Below are positions 9,881 through 19,638 of a stretch of 64,000 bases of DNA, in pieces; positions within the stretch are counted from its first letter, which is position 1, and each line of letters begins with the position of its first letter. The notes under the pieces are model-generated. The model did not search any database. It saw nothing but the letters and a program-made list of their open reading frames with translations, and had not been told where the DNA came from. Origin of the DNA: an uncultured bacterium (lineage in GTDB: Bacteria; Patescibacteriota; Kazan-3B-28); contig OY968788.1 in assembly GCA_963695435.1 (NCBI GenBank), positions 134,330 to 198,329 of the forward strand, read 5' to 3'. The position numbers and the translations under genes are program-made.

Positions 9881-12385
9881 ATGAGTAAATTTTTTCCACA
9901 ACGGCCGGAGGCGAACCCAGCAATTTACGCCTACGAAGACACAAACCCACAATACGAGGGTTTATTAAAAGTTGGTTTTACCACTACGGATGCTCGAGCT
10001 CGAGTGGCACAACAATACCCAACACGACGCCCAGGGGTATTACCTTACAAGATAGTTTTTGAAGAATCGGCTATGCGCAATGATGGCACTATTTTAACTG
10101 ACCATGATGTGCATCGTTATTTGCGCAAAAAAGGTATCGCAAACCCCAAAGGAGAATGGTTTAAGTGCAGTATAAAGGAAATCACTGCAGCTGTATTGGC
10201 TATTAAGAGTGGCGTTAAGAACGAAGATGATCGGACTCTTAGTTTTAGCATGCGGCCAGAGCAAGAAGAAGCAGTAGAGAAAACTATTTCGTATTTTAAG
10301 AGCTTTAGTAAAGAGAACAAGGGTAAAACTCCACACTTTCTTTGGAATGCAAAAATGCGTTTTGGGAAAACATTCGCTACATATCAGTTGGCAAAAAAAA
10401 TGGGATGGAAAAAAATACTAGTACTTACATTTAAGCCGGCAGTGCAGAGTGCTTGGGATGAGGATCTTCAAACACACATCGATTTTAAGGGTTGGCAATT
10501 TATTGCACCAAATGGTTTAACATTTGGGAGAGCTAATAAGAAAAATCCTTTTGTGTGCTTTGGTTCATTTCAGGATTATTTGGGGAAAAATACATCAACA
10601 GGCGGGATTAAAACGAAGAATGAATGGGTGCATGCTACCAATTGGGATTGTGTGGTATTTGATGAATATCATTACGGAGCTTGGCGAGAGAATGCAAAGG
10701 ATTTATTTGAAGCAGAGGGGGAAAGAGAGTTGGAATTTGGAGAGGGGGAGGGTATTGAGTATTTTGATGAAGGTGCAATGCCGATCACTACTAACGCGTA
10801 TCTGTATTTGTCTGGTACGCCATTTAGAGCTATTGCGTCTGGTGAGTTTATTGAAGAACAAATTTTCAACTGGACCTATTCGGATGAGCAGCGGGCAAAA
10901 GAGAATTGGAAGGGTGAGCCAAACCCGTATGCTTCTTTGCCAAGAATGGTGATGCTGACTTATCAACTGCCTGATTCTATCCGTGAAGTTGCCATGAAGG
11001 GGGAATTTAATGAGTTTGATTTAAACCTCTTTTTTAGTGCGGAGGGACTAGGAAGGAATGCAAAATTTAAATATGAAGATGAGGTTCAAAAATGGTTGGA
11101 CTTGATTCGAGGCTCTTTTTCCGAAACAACGATAGATAATTTAAAATTGGGGGCAAAAAAACCACCATTACCTTTCTCACACGCACCTTTACTAAATGTT
11201 CTATCACATACATTTTGGTTCTTGCCAAGTGTTGCTTCTTGCTATGCGATGAGAAATTTACTTGAACAAAGGCAAAATAAGTTTTATCACAACTACAAGG
11301 TGATTGTTGCGGCTGGGACTAGCGCGGGAATTGGTGTAGCGGCGCTCCCGCCAGTACAGCAGGCAATGGAAGATCCTCTAAGCTCAAAAACCATAACTCT
11401 ATCTTGTGGCAAACTTACAACAGGGGTGTCGGTCAAGCCATGGACAGGGATTTTTATGCTACGTAATTCGTCAAGTCCTGAAACTTATTTTCAAGCGGCT
11501 TTTCGTGTACAAACGCCTTGGACCGTGAATAACCCTGATAGTAAATCGCCCAATAAAGAAGAGGTTATCAAACAAGAGTGCTATGTTTTTGACTTTGCGC
11601 CGAACCGAGCTCTCAGACAAATTGCCGACTACGGTTGCCGTCTGAATGTAAATGAGTCTAACCCTGAAAAGAAAATTGATGAATTTATCCATTTTTTACC
11701 TGTGCTTGCTTATGACGGTAGTGCCATGAAGCAAATTGATGCGGCAGGTATCTTGGATATGGCAATGAGCGGCACTACCGCCACCTTGCTTGCAAGAAGG
11801 TGGGAAAGTGCGCTACTGGTCAATGTCGATAACAACACCTTGCAGCGTTTGATGAATAACCAAGACGCGATGGATGCCTTAATGAGTATTGAAGGTTTCC
11901 GTAGTTTAAATAAAGACATTGAGACTATTATTAATAAATCGGAAGCTGTACAAAAAATAAAGAAAGAGGCAAACGATAAAGAGTTAACTCCCAAGAAAGA
12001 GAAAGAGTTGAGCAAAGAGGAGAAAGAGTACAAAAGTATAAGAAAACAGATTCAGGAAAAACTTATAAAATTTGCTACTCGCATTCCGGTATTTATGTAT
12101 CTAACTGATTATCGCGAGAGAAGCTTGAAGGATGTTATTACCAAGCTTGAACCAGGTTTATTTAAAAAAGTAACAGGTCTTTCTGTTAAAGATTTTGAAC
12201 TATTGGTTAGCCTTGGTGTTTTTAATAGCGCACTCATGAATGATGCGGTGTATAAGTTTAAGAGATATGAGGACGCAAGTCTAGCGTATACGGGTATTAA
12301 TAAGCATGAGGGTGAGGATATTGGTCTTTATGACACAGTTATCAGTAACAAAGAATATAGGCAGACATTTGAAAATCATGAATAA
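9881..12385 (+). CDS. restriction endonuclease: T5orf172/GIY-YIG domain plus SF2 helicase
   Basis: IYAY..LKVGFTT..RVAQQ..GEWF; AKMRFGKT, DEYH, SGT motifs. Confidence 0.85.
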   Translation: MSKFFPQRPEANPAIYAYEDTNPQYEGLLKVGFTTTDARARVAQQYPTRRPGVLPYKIVFEESAMRNDGTILTDHDVHRYLRKKGIANPKGEWFKCSIKEITAAVLAIKSGVKNEDDRTLSFSMRPEQEEAVEKTISYFKSFSKENKGKTPHFLWNAKMRFGKTFATYQLAKKMGWKKILVLTFKPAVQSAWDEDLQTHIDFKGWQFIAPNGLTFGRANKKNPFVCFGSFQDYLGKNTSTGGIKTKNEWVHATNWDCVVFDEYHYGAWRENAKDLFEAEGERELEFGEGEGIEYFDEGAMPITTNAYLYLSGTPFRAIASGEFIEEQIFNWTYSDEQRAKENWKGEPNPYASLPRMVMLTYQLPDSIREVAMKGEFNEFDLNLFFSAEGLGRNAKFKYEDEVQKWLDLIRGSFSETTIDNLKLGAKKPPLPFSHAPLLNVLSHTFWFLPSVASCYAMRNLLEQRQNKFYHNYKVIVAAGTSAGIGVAALPPVQQAMEDPLSSKTITLSCGKLTTGVSVKPWTGIFMLRNSSSPETYFQAAFRVQTPWTVNNPDSKSPNKEEVIKQECYVFDFAPNRALRQIADYGCRLNVNESNPEKKIDEFIHFLPVLAYDGSAMKQIDAAGILDMAMSGTTATLLARRWESALLVNVDNNTLQRLMNNQDAMDALMSIEGFRSLNKDIETIINKSEAVQKIKKEANDKELTPKKEKELSKEEKEYKSIRKQIQEKLIKFATRIPVFMYLTDYRERSLKDVITKLEPGLFKKVTGLSVKDFELLVSLGVFNSALMNDAVYKFKRYEDASLAYTGINKHEGEDIGLYDTVISNKEYRQTFENHE

Positions 12386-12812
12386 ATTGAGACCGAATTT
12401 GCAGGCAGAGTTATTTAAATATCCTTGGGATGAGGTAGAGGCATGGGGCTGTAGTCGAGACCAGGCCAAATTGTTGTTCGATCAGGGCTTGGCATCATTT
12501 AACCCGGCCGAAAAAGAAGCATTCGAAGGATACGAGGTAAGAGAGTTAGTTTTTCTTAAGACTTTGTATTTCGATTCTGGTTTGCCCAAGGAGAATGTTT
12601 TAGCAATGTTGGCAGGTCTAGAAAAGCCATATAGTTATTCTTTTGATGAAATATATTGGAATTTTTATCGCAAGGAATGGAACTATCTTCCAGCACCAGA
12701 ACAACCAGAGATTGAAGAATTAGTTGATCAGCTTGTAGAGGACGAAGATTTTAGCCGCTTGAAGTCGGTAAAAGAATCCATCGAAGTGATATTAAAAGAA
12801 AATGAATCCTAA
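12378..12812 (+). CDS. hypothetical protein (possible MerR-like HTH)
   Basis: Start overlaps the helicase stop; YEVRELVFLKTL..SGLPKENVLAML is weakly MerR-like. Confidence 0.6.
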   Translation: MNKLRPNLQAELFKYPWDEVEAWGCSRDQAKLLFDQGLASFNPAEKEAFEGYEVRELVFLKTLYFDSGLPKENVLAMLAGLEKPYSYSFDEIYWNFYRKEWNYLPAPEQPEIEELVDQLVEDEDFSRLKSVKESIEVILKENES

Positions 12813-12839
12813 ATATGCGGGGAAAATTAGAAGGAAAAT

Positions 12840-13562
12840 ATGGAAGATTTAAGATATATCCAAAGTGAAGAAAAGTTTTTAAACTATTCTTTTGATGTAT
12901 TGAAAAAATATTTCTGCGATGATCGAAAAAAATTTGACTTGTTTTACAACAACATTTTGGGAAAAAAGAAAAATAAATTCCTTAAAATTGCCTCATTTTA
13001 TAAGTTTTTCGTCGTTGATGGTAGATTCATTGTCGAAAATAATAAACCCGATGATTACATAGATTACTTGGATCACACATATAAATATATTGCTATATTT
13101 TCCTTTATCGAAGACTTATATACGACAGAAGAATATGAAGATTTTTATTCATGGTTAAGGAATAAGAAAACAAACATTAAACTTCCTATCAAAAACACGG
13201 ATGCACTAGACGCATTGCACAAACAATATTTAGATATGCACGGTTCAACTCAAAAGGCAGTCAAGTTTTTTGAGTCATTAGATGATGGAACGAAAAAATA
13301 CATAAGCGATAATTTTAAGATCGGGAAAAATGAAATGACGCAACCACTGCTTTTTGCTCAGTTGGCGGGGTTTCTTTATCAAATTAGAAGTGATTTTATT
13401 CACAAATCGAGAATCATCGCTCAATTTAATGAAGGTACTACTATGCACACAGTTAGAAATAAACTAGTTACAAATGATTTAGATTTTGAAAAAATTAAGA
13501 CGATTTTTGAAGAAGGATTTTTATTATTCTTTGGTTACAAAAAAACTAGGGGTTTTTCTTGA
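12840..13562 (+). CDS. hypothetical protein with HEPN-like RxxxxH motif
   Basis: LYQIRSDFIHKS; AT-rich; last gene of the defence island. Confidence 0.65.
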   Translation: MEDLRYIQSEEKFLNYSFDVLKKYFCDDRKKFDLFYNNILGKKKNKFLKIASFYKFFVVDGRFIVENNKPDDYIDYLDHTYKYIAIFSFIEDLYTTEEYEDFYSWLRNKKTNIKLPIKNTDALDALHKQYLDMHGSTQKAVKFFESLDDGTKKYISDNFKIGKNEMTQPLLFAQLAGFLYQIRSDFIHKSRIIAQFNEGTTMHTVRNKLVTNDLDFEKIKTIFEEGFLLFFGYKKTRGFS

Positions 13563-13595
13563 TAGAGAAGGGGTTTTGTTGTAGGGTAGTGAGGT

Positions 13596-14882
13596 ATGAA
13601 AGTTACGAAATCACAGGGAGAGAAGAATAAGGTTAGATTATCCATTGCGCTGGAGGCGTCTGAATGGAACGCCATTTTGGATAAGGCGAGTGGGAAGGTG
13701 AGTGAGGGGTTGAAGGTGGATGGGTTTAGGGAGGGGAAGGCGCCGAGGGATATTGTGATTGCGAAGGCGGGCGAAGCCCGCGTGATTAGTGAAGCGATTG
13801 AGTTGGCGGTGGAGCAGTATTATCCAATGGCGGTGAAGGAAGAGAATTTGAAGCCCATTGCGTTCCCGAAGATTTCTGTAGAAAAAGGTAATTTGACTGA
13901 GCCGTTGGAGTTTACGGCGGAAGTTGCCATATTGCCGGAAGTTGTTTTGGGAGATTATTCGAAAATCAAATTGACGAAGAAGACAGACGAAGTCGGTGAT
14001 GCGGATGTGGAGGCCGTTTTGAAGAATTTGCAGAAGAAGGCGGTGGAGTTTCAGGAAGTGGAGCGCGTAGCGCAATTGGGAGATTGGGCGGAAATTGATT
14101 TTGAAGGATTTGTTGAAGGTAAGCCATTTGAAGGCGGTGCATCCAAGAAGCATCCGTTGATTTTGGGTGATAAAGTTTTTATCCCCGGTTTTGAAGAAGG
14201 ATTGGTTGGTTTGGGGAAGGGCGAGGAAAAAGAAATCGAAGTGACTTTCCCGAGTGATTATCACAACAAAGATTTAGCGGGGAAGTCAGCGAAATTTAAG
14301 GTGAAGATGAATTTGGTGAAGGCGGTAAATTATCCTGAAATAAATGATGAGTTTGCGAAGAAGCATGCGGGGCAGGAGAGTTTGGAAGTTTTGAAGACGG
14401 ACATCAAAAAATATTTGGAAGAGGAGTCGGCGAAAAAAGCGGAGGAAACTTTGCGGGAAAATGCGTTGCTGGAATTAGTAAAAGTCGCGAAGATTGATTT
14501 GCCTGAAGAGATGATTGAGCAGGAATTGGATAGTATGGTGCATGACCTCAAACATCAGGCGGAACATAGTGGCATGAGTTTTGAAGATTATTTGAAAAAA
14601 GCGGGAGTGAATGAAGCTGGGCTGAAAGCCCAATGGCGGGAACAGGCGGAAAGTCGGGTGCGGATTGGTTTGGCGCTGGAAGCTTTTCGCGATAAAGAAG
14701 GAATTTCGGCTGACGATTCGGATGTTGATGCGGAAATAAAGAAACTGAAAGTGATGTACCCGCAGGACGGGGAGAACATCGATAAAGAATACGGCAAAGG
14801 TTCGAATGGACGCAGTAAGTTGCAGAGAATGTTGGGAAGTCGGAAAGCCATCGACAAATTAGCCGAACTCTTCACGAAATAG
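13596..14882 (+). CDS. tig: trigger factor
   Basis: DGFREGKAP, FKBP domain IDFEG..FIPGFEE. Confidence 0.97.
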   Translation: MKVTKSQGEKNKVRLSIALEASEWNAILDKASGKVSEGLKVDGFREGKAPRDIVIAKAGEARVISEAIELAVEQYYPMAVKEENLKPIAFPKISVEKGNLTEPLEFTAEVAILPEVVLGDYSKIKLTKKTDEVGDADVEAVLKNLQKKAVEFQEVERVAQLGDWAEIDFEGFVEGKPFEGGASKKHPLILGDKVFIPGFEEGLVGLGKGEEKEIEVTFPSDYHNKDLAGKSAKFKVKMNLVKAVNYPEINDEFAKKHAGQESLEVLKTDIKKYLEEESAKKAEETLRENALLELVKVAKIDLPEEMIEQELDSMVHDLKHQAEHSGMSFEDYLKKAGVNEAGLKAQWREQAESRVRIGLALEAFRDKEGISADDSDVDAEIKKLKVMYPQDGENIDKEYGKGSNGRSKLQRMLGSRKAIDKLAELFTK

Positions 14883-14935
14883 GGTAGAGGAGCAAGCAAA
14901 AAGGAACTTTTGTTTTTCTATTTGTTTTATCTTTG

Positions 14936-14969
14936 CACAATTAGCTGAACGGCCGTTCAGCTAATTGTG
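14936..14969. repeat. perfect 34-bp palindrome
   Basis: cacaattagctgaacgg|ccgttcagctaattgtg. Confidence 0.95.
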
Positions 14970-15046
14970 AGGGTATTTTTTAAATATTTGTGTGTTTTTT
15001 GATATTTTTCAATATTTTTGAAGTAATTTGGGGGTATGATAAAAGG

Positions 15047-15517
15047 GTGAAGAACAGTCGGGGGGCGTACAGACTGATGAAAGCATTGTTCCGTTTGATG
15101 GACGGCAATGGTGTAGTCCGACTCAATAAACATTGGCAAGAAAAACTTCGCGACCCTCGCCAACATGGCGATGGTCGCTCGTTTAAATATTTGCGTGATG
15201 CGGAATATCTTATTGAGCTGGGGCCGGATAAATATGAAGTGACGGATTTGGCAAAAATTAACTTATTGAAAGAAATTGTTAAGACGCGTAAGAGGGACGG
15301 GAAGTTGAGGCTTGTGATTTTTGATATTCCTGAAAGATTGAAAGCGAATAGAAATTTTTTCCGTCGGCATTTGGTGGATATGGAATTTCAGATGAGACAG
15401 CAAAGTGTATGGGTATCGCCATATCCATGCGAGGACTTAGTTGCTTTGGCTGTGAAATATCACGGTTTGCAGAAATATGTCGAACTAATAGTCGGCAAAG
15501 TAGGCACAATTAGCTAA
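15047..15517 (+). CDS. PaaX-like protein (wHTH plus Cas2-like domain)
   Basis: DGKLRLVIFDIPE..RNFFRRHL..FQMRQQSVWVSPY; GTG 15047 lies 6 nt after TATGAT. Confidence 0.8.
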   Translation: MKNSRGAYRLMKALFRLMDGNGVVRLNKHWQEKLRDPRQHGDGRSFKYLRDAEYLIELGPDKYEVTDLAKINLLKEIVKTRKRDGKLRLVIFDIPERLKANRNFFRRHLVDMEFQMRQQSVWVSPYPCEDLVALAVKYHGLQKYVELIVGKVGTIS

Positions 15518-15538
15518 ACGGCCGTTCAGCTAATTGTG
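15505..15538. repeat. second copy of the 34-bp palindrome (1 mismatch), containing the stop codon
   Basis: cacaattagcTAAacggccgttcagctaattgtg. Confidence 0.95.
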
Positions 15539-15637
15539 TAGGGGATTTGAGGGGATGGAGCTTTAGTTTTTCTTGACTGGGAGTGGGTTTTTTGGTATAT
15601 AAAGAGTGGCAACTTGCCAATTAGGAGGTGATTAAAG

Positions 15638-16162
15638 GTGCGTCCGATAATCATCATTATTATTGTCTTGCTGACTCTTACTCTCGGCTTTTTATCTGTT
15701 CGGGCTCAAGCCGAAGAGAAGCATGTCGTGAAAGGACCAGTAAAACACATCAAAGGCGACACTATGGTTTTGGGTAACAAAGCGAAGCCGTTTGAAAAAG
15801 TTCCCCCTAAAGAGCAAGCGGCAAACCCCAATACTTCTTTGCCACAGTCTTCGAACAATGGCAGCCATAGCCAGACAAACTCGCCCCCTCGGGAACGCGC
15901 GTGGTTTCCACATCCATGTCGTTTGACCAACTTTATGGGTTGGCTGTTCTGGATAGGGCTTGTCCTGTTAGTTTTAGCCGGAGTGACTGCTTTGGGAATG
16001 GGCGGTGGTTCGGGAGGTGTTTTGGCCGGTATTGGATTGGTTACTCTTATACTTTGGCTAGTGATTCTTTTGCTCCCGATATTAATCGGCATTGTAATCG
16101 TTATTGTCGTCCTTGGCAGTTTGGGGAAACCTGATATTATCTGCTTCTGTTTTCGCAGATAG
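15638..16162 (+). CDS. hypothetical membrane protein
   Basis: SD AGGAGGTG, signal peptide, C-terminal hydrophobic segments; own promoter and terminator. Confidence 0.7.
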   Translation: MRPIIIIIIVLLTLTLGFLSVRAQAEEKHVVKGPVKHIKGDTMVLGNKAKPFEKVPPKEQAANPNTSLPQSSNNGSHSQTNSPPRERAWFPHPCRLTNFMGWLFWIGLVLLVLAGVTALGMGGGSGGVLAGIGLVTLILWLVILLLPILIGIVIVIVVLGSLGKPDIICFCFRR

Positions 16163-16200
16163 CAGGAGGAGGTGCATCGTGAGAGTTGGCTATGTTCTTT

Positions 16201-16236
16201 GACCGGTCGCGCTTGATGGCGACCGGTTTTTATTTT
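16201..16236 (+). terminator. intrinsic terminator
   Basis: gaccggtcgc..gcgaccggtt plus T-run. Confidence 0.6.
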
Positions 16237-16321
16237 GTCTGATATAATAGGGGGGCATAACCCTTCTTCGCTCTGACGAGCTACGCAGGGCTTCGCAGAT
16301 ATAAGATTAACTTTTACTGAC

Positions 16322-16921
16322 ATGAGTTTGATTCCGATGGTGATAGACAAGTCCCCGATGGGCGAGCGGGCGTACGATATTTACTCCCGACTTTTGAAAG
16401 ACAGGATTATTTTTATCGGGGGGCCGATTGATGATGAACTGGCGAATTCGGTAATTGCCCAGCTTTTGTTTTTGGAGAGTGAAGATTCGAAGAAAGATAT
16501 TGCGTTGTATATCAACAGCCCCGGTGGTTCGGTAAGTGATGGGATGGCGATTTACGACACGATGCAACACATCAAGCCTGACATCTCAACGATTTGTGTC
16601 GGGATGGCGGCATCAATGGGCGCGATTTTGCTGGCGGGCGGAGCGAAGGGAAAAAGATTTGCTTTGCCGAATTCCCGCGTGATGATTCATCAAGTTTTGG
16701 GTGGAGCGCAGGGACAGGCGAGTGATATCGAAATTCACGCCAAAGAAATTCTGAAATGGAAGAGTAAATTGAATGACCTTTTGGCTCGTCATAGCGGACA
16801 GAAATTGGATAGGATTGAAAAAGATACTGACCGTGACTTCTTTATGGAAGCGCCGGAAGCGAAGGAATACGGGATTATCGACGAGGTATTAGAGAAGAGG
16901 ATTCCTGCGGGAGTTAAATAA
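16322..16921 (+). CDS. clpP: ATP-dependent Clp protease proteolytic subunit
   Basis: [30 protein letters not shown]. Confidence 0.98.
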   Translation: MSLIPMVIDKSPMGERAYDIYSRLLKDRIIFIGGPIDDELANSVIAQLLFLESEDSKKDIALYINSPGGSVSDGMAIYDTMQHIKPDISTICVGMAASMGAILLAGGAKGKRFALPNSRVMIHQVLGGAQGQASDIEIHAKEILKWKSKLNDLLARHSGQKLDRIEKDTDRDFFMEAPEAKEYGIIDEVLEKRIPAGVK

Positions 16922-16935
16922 TAATTTTAGAAACT

Positions 16936-16978
16936 AAAAAGAGCTTGGACTGTCTAGGATGACAGCCAAGCTCTTTAG
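16936..16978. terminator. bidirectional terminator
   Basis: aaagagcttgg..ctgtc/gacag..ccaagctcttt between convergent genes. Confidence 0.65.
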
Positions 16979-16986
16979 TTCGGGGT

Positions 16987-17664
16987 TCACTTGCGCTTGG
17001 GAGAGCGCGGTTTGGGAGATTTCTTGGATGTCTTCTTCTGATGTTTCTTTATCCAAGTCCTTGCCCACTTGATGGTGTCCTTGTCGATGCGTAGATCGTC
17101 ATTGGGTGGGAGTTCTAGAGCCTTGATGATGTCTGGAGCAACGACCCAACCGAAGTTGTCACAGATTGGGCAGACATACTTTTCGGAACTGCATTCGTAT
17201 CCACGGTTGCGGTTGGGGCAAGGGACAATATCGTTGCCATAGGGATTCCCTTCTGCCCAAATGAATTCCTCCATCTTCTTAATGACCCTATTCAGTAGTT
17301 GGTGTTTGTAGAAGCGATAGTACATAGAGTCTACAGAAGAACGGAAATCATAGTGATCCCTTATCCGCTTGGGATCTTTCAGTAACGCTAACACATCCAT
17401 GTAACGCTTGTGGGGGGATTCCATCGAAAAGTTTTCACTTTTCGGATTGAGTTGTTGAAATAAGTAATCTTGGCCGAGATCGTGAATTGCATCTAGAGTG
17501 AAGGATGCTTCAATCAACTTATAGATGTCGGAACAATTGTCGACAGAGGTGTTTCTGCAATACTCACATAAACTCTTTACATAGAGGTATGTTTGACCAC
17601 AGAGCTTTACCCAGTCGATATAGTTCTTGAATCTATCAATAAATTTTTCAAGGTCAGATACCAT
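16987..17664 (-). CDS. hypothetical protein with Cys cluster and basic tail
   Basis: SD AAAGGAGGTG before ATG 17664; CPNRNRGYECSSEKYVCPICD. Confidence 0.7.
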   Translation of the reverse strand: MVSDLEKFIDRFKNYIDWVKLCGQTYLYVKSLCEYCRNTSVDNCSDIYKLIEASFTLDAIHDLGQDYLFQQLNPKSENFSMESPHKRYMDVLALLKDPKRIRDHYDFRSSVDSMYYRFYKHQLLNRVIKKMEEFIWAEGNPYGNDIVPCPNRNRGYECSSEKYVCPICDNFGWVVAPDIIKALELPPNDDLRIDKDTIKWARTWIKKHQKKTSKKSPKPRSPKRK

Positions 17665-17770
17665 TTGAATCACCTCCTTTGGTTTGGTATCCGTGAGAAT
17701 AGCTTAGTCTAGGGGCGGGGGTGGGGAGATGTCAAGGAAGCCCGTTTTTGGTCTGGTGTAAAATGGGTTT

Positions 17771-18673
17771 ATGGAGACTTCAGAGGTATTCGGAGGTTTA
17801 ATTGGGCAGAGTTCGGCAAAGAAAATGTTGTCTGCGTGTTTGGAGTCGGGGAATTTGCCGCAGACGATGATATTTGCGGGACAGAAAGGGGTGGGGAGAA
17901 GGACGGCGGCGAAGTTATTGGCGGGGTATTTACATAGTCAAAATAAAAAAGATGCTTCGGTAGATCCTTCGACTGCGCTCAGGATGTCAGGGCGATTCGA
18001 GAATCACCCTGACACTTTTTGGTTTTCGCAGATTTTAGAAGAAGTAAGTAAAGGCGAGACGCATGAATGGATTGATGCGGTGCGGGAAATGATTCGGAAA
18101 CTGACGATGTCGCCGTTCTCATCAAAATATAAAGTGGCGATTATTGAAGATGCAGATAGGTTGAGCGAAGAAGCGCAGAATGCGTTATTGAAAACTTTGG
18201 AAGAGCCGAGAGAAGATACGGTAATTATTTTGATAGTGCCGAGTGAAGAAACTTTATTACCGACAATTGTGTCACGCTCGCAAGTGGTGAGGTTCGGGCC
18301 TCTTACAAGTGAGGAGATAAAACAAATTGTTCCGAAAGCAAGTGATGAACAAATTATTGCTAGTGGCGGAAGTGCGGGGAAGGTAAAAGATTGGGTGGAG
18401 ATGCCTGTGTGGTGGGAAGACGAAAAAGCAATGCGAGCGTTTTGGAAGAATGTCGGAACGGCTGATGTGAAAACTAAATTTGAATGGGCGGCGAAATATA
18501 AAGAACGAGGTGATGCGATAGAGTTTATTCGAACGGGGATGTTGGTTTGGGAGGGGATGTTGCCGGACGAGAGAGCGGCTAAGGGATTAGCTCGGATGGG
18601 GGTTGCCGTTCAGCAAATTAGAGACAACGTCAATCTGAGAGGAGCAGTAGATACTCTGCTTCTTGCCTTATAG
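17771..18673 (+). CDS. holB: DNA polymerase III subunit delta'
   Basis: GQKGVGRRT, HPD, IIEDADRLSEEAQNALLKTLEEP, TIVSRSQ. Confidence 0.9.
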   Translation: METSEVFGGLIGQSSAKKMLSACLESGNLPQTMIFAGQKGVGRRTAAKLLAGYLHSQNKKDASVDPSTALRMSGRFENHPDTFWFSQILEEVSKGETHEWIDAVREMIRKLTMSPFSSKYKVAIIEDADRLSEEAQNALLKTLEEPREDTVIILIVPSEETLLPTIVSRSQVVRFGPLTSEEIKQIVPKASDEQIIASGGSAGKVKDWVEMPVWWEDEKAMRAFWKNVGTADVKTKFEWAAKYKERGDAIEFIRTGMLVWEGMLPDERAAKGLARMGVAVQQIRDNVNLRGAVDTLLLAL

Positions 18674-18724
18674 ATTAGCTGGACTGGGGGCGTCTTTCTG
18701 ATATACTATTTGCGTCTAACTAAG

Positions 18725-18788
18725 GCCCCGGTACCAACCAAACCGGAAATCGCTAAACCGCAATTTCAACGGGTTGGTGGTACGGGGT
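18725..18788. repeat. long hairpin with CCCCG/CGGGG termini upstream of the TPR gene
   Basis: gccccggtaccaacc...ggttggtggtacggggt. Confidence 0.5.
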
Positions 18789-18802
18789 AAAGTCAATTTA
18801 TT

Positions 18803-19381
18803 ATGTGGGAAGTAATTGTATTTTTGGCGACCGTACTGGTTCTTATCATGATTCTCCGGAAATTGCCGGTGGATTTGGCGATGACGGATAGGAACAAGGA
18901 TGGGGTGATCAATGAGGAGGACAAGGAGAAGACGCCACGAGAAACGGCGGATGAGCATTTTGAAAAAGGAGAGCTGAAGAAGGCGGAGAATATGTATTTG
19001 AAGATTCTTTCCAAAGAGCCAGATGATGCCACGCTGTACAACAAGCTTGGGCTAATTTATCTTCAAGATAAGAATTTCAAAGATGCGAAGTCGGCTCTGA
19101 AACAGGCATTGAAGTTGGAACCGGAAAATGATACTTTTTACAACAACCTCGGACTTTTGTATTACCAGATGGAAGATTATGACGAGGCGATTGAGGCTTA
19201 TGAGAAATCGGCGGCAATCAATGATAAGATCCCGTCAAGATTGGTGAACTTGGGTCTGGCGTACTTTATGACTAAGAAGTATCGTAAAGCGGCGGATAAT
19301 TACGAGAAAGCGATTATCTTGGATCCGAGAGACGAGCAGACGAAAGAACTTTTAAAACAAGCGGAAGAGAAGTTGAAATAA
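18803..19381 (+). CDS. membrane-anchored TPR protein
   Basis: N-terminal TM helix; about 4 TPRs (YNKLG, YNNLG, VNLG). Confidence 0.88.
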   Translation: MWEVIVFLATVLVLIMILRKLPVDLAMTDRNKDGVINEEDKEKTPRETADEHFEKGELKKAENMYLKILSKEPDDATLYNKLGLIYLQDKNFKDAKSALKQALKLEPENDTFYNNLGLLYYQMEDYDEAIEAYEKSAAINDKIPSRLVNLGLAYFMTKKYRKAADNYEKAIILDPRDEQTKELLKQAEEKLK

Positions 19382-19397
19382 ACCAGCTGGAAGAGTT

Positions 19398-19472
19398 GCC
19401 GGAGTAGCTCAACGGTAGAGCAGCACTTTTGTAAAGTGAAGGTTGGGGGTTCGATTCCTCTCTCCGGCTCCA
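19398..19472 (+). tRNA. tRNA-Thr(TGT)
   Basis: Cloverleaf, anticodon loop tttgtaa, TTCGA, CCA. Confidence 0.93.
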
Positions 19473-19473
19473 C

Positions 19474-19559
19474 GCCAAGGTACCGAAGCGGTCAAACGGG
19501 GCTGACTGTAAATCAGCTGGCTTACGCCTTCCTAGGTTCGAATCCTAGCCTTGGCACCA
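19474..19559 (+). tRNA. tRNA-Tyr(GTA)
   Basis: Loop ctgtaaa, long variable arm, CCA. Confidence 0.95.
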
Positions 19560-19562
19560 GAT

Positions 19563-19638
19563 GCCGACGTAGCTCAGCTGGTAGAGCACCTCCATGGTAA
19601 GGAGGGGGTCACCGGTTCAATCCCGGTCGTCGGCTCCA
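19563..19638 (+). tRNA. tRNA-Thr(GGT)
   Basis: Loop atggtaa, CCA. Confidence 0.95.
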
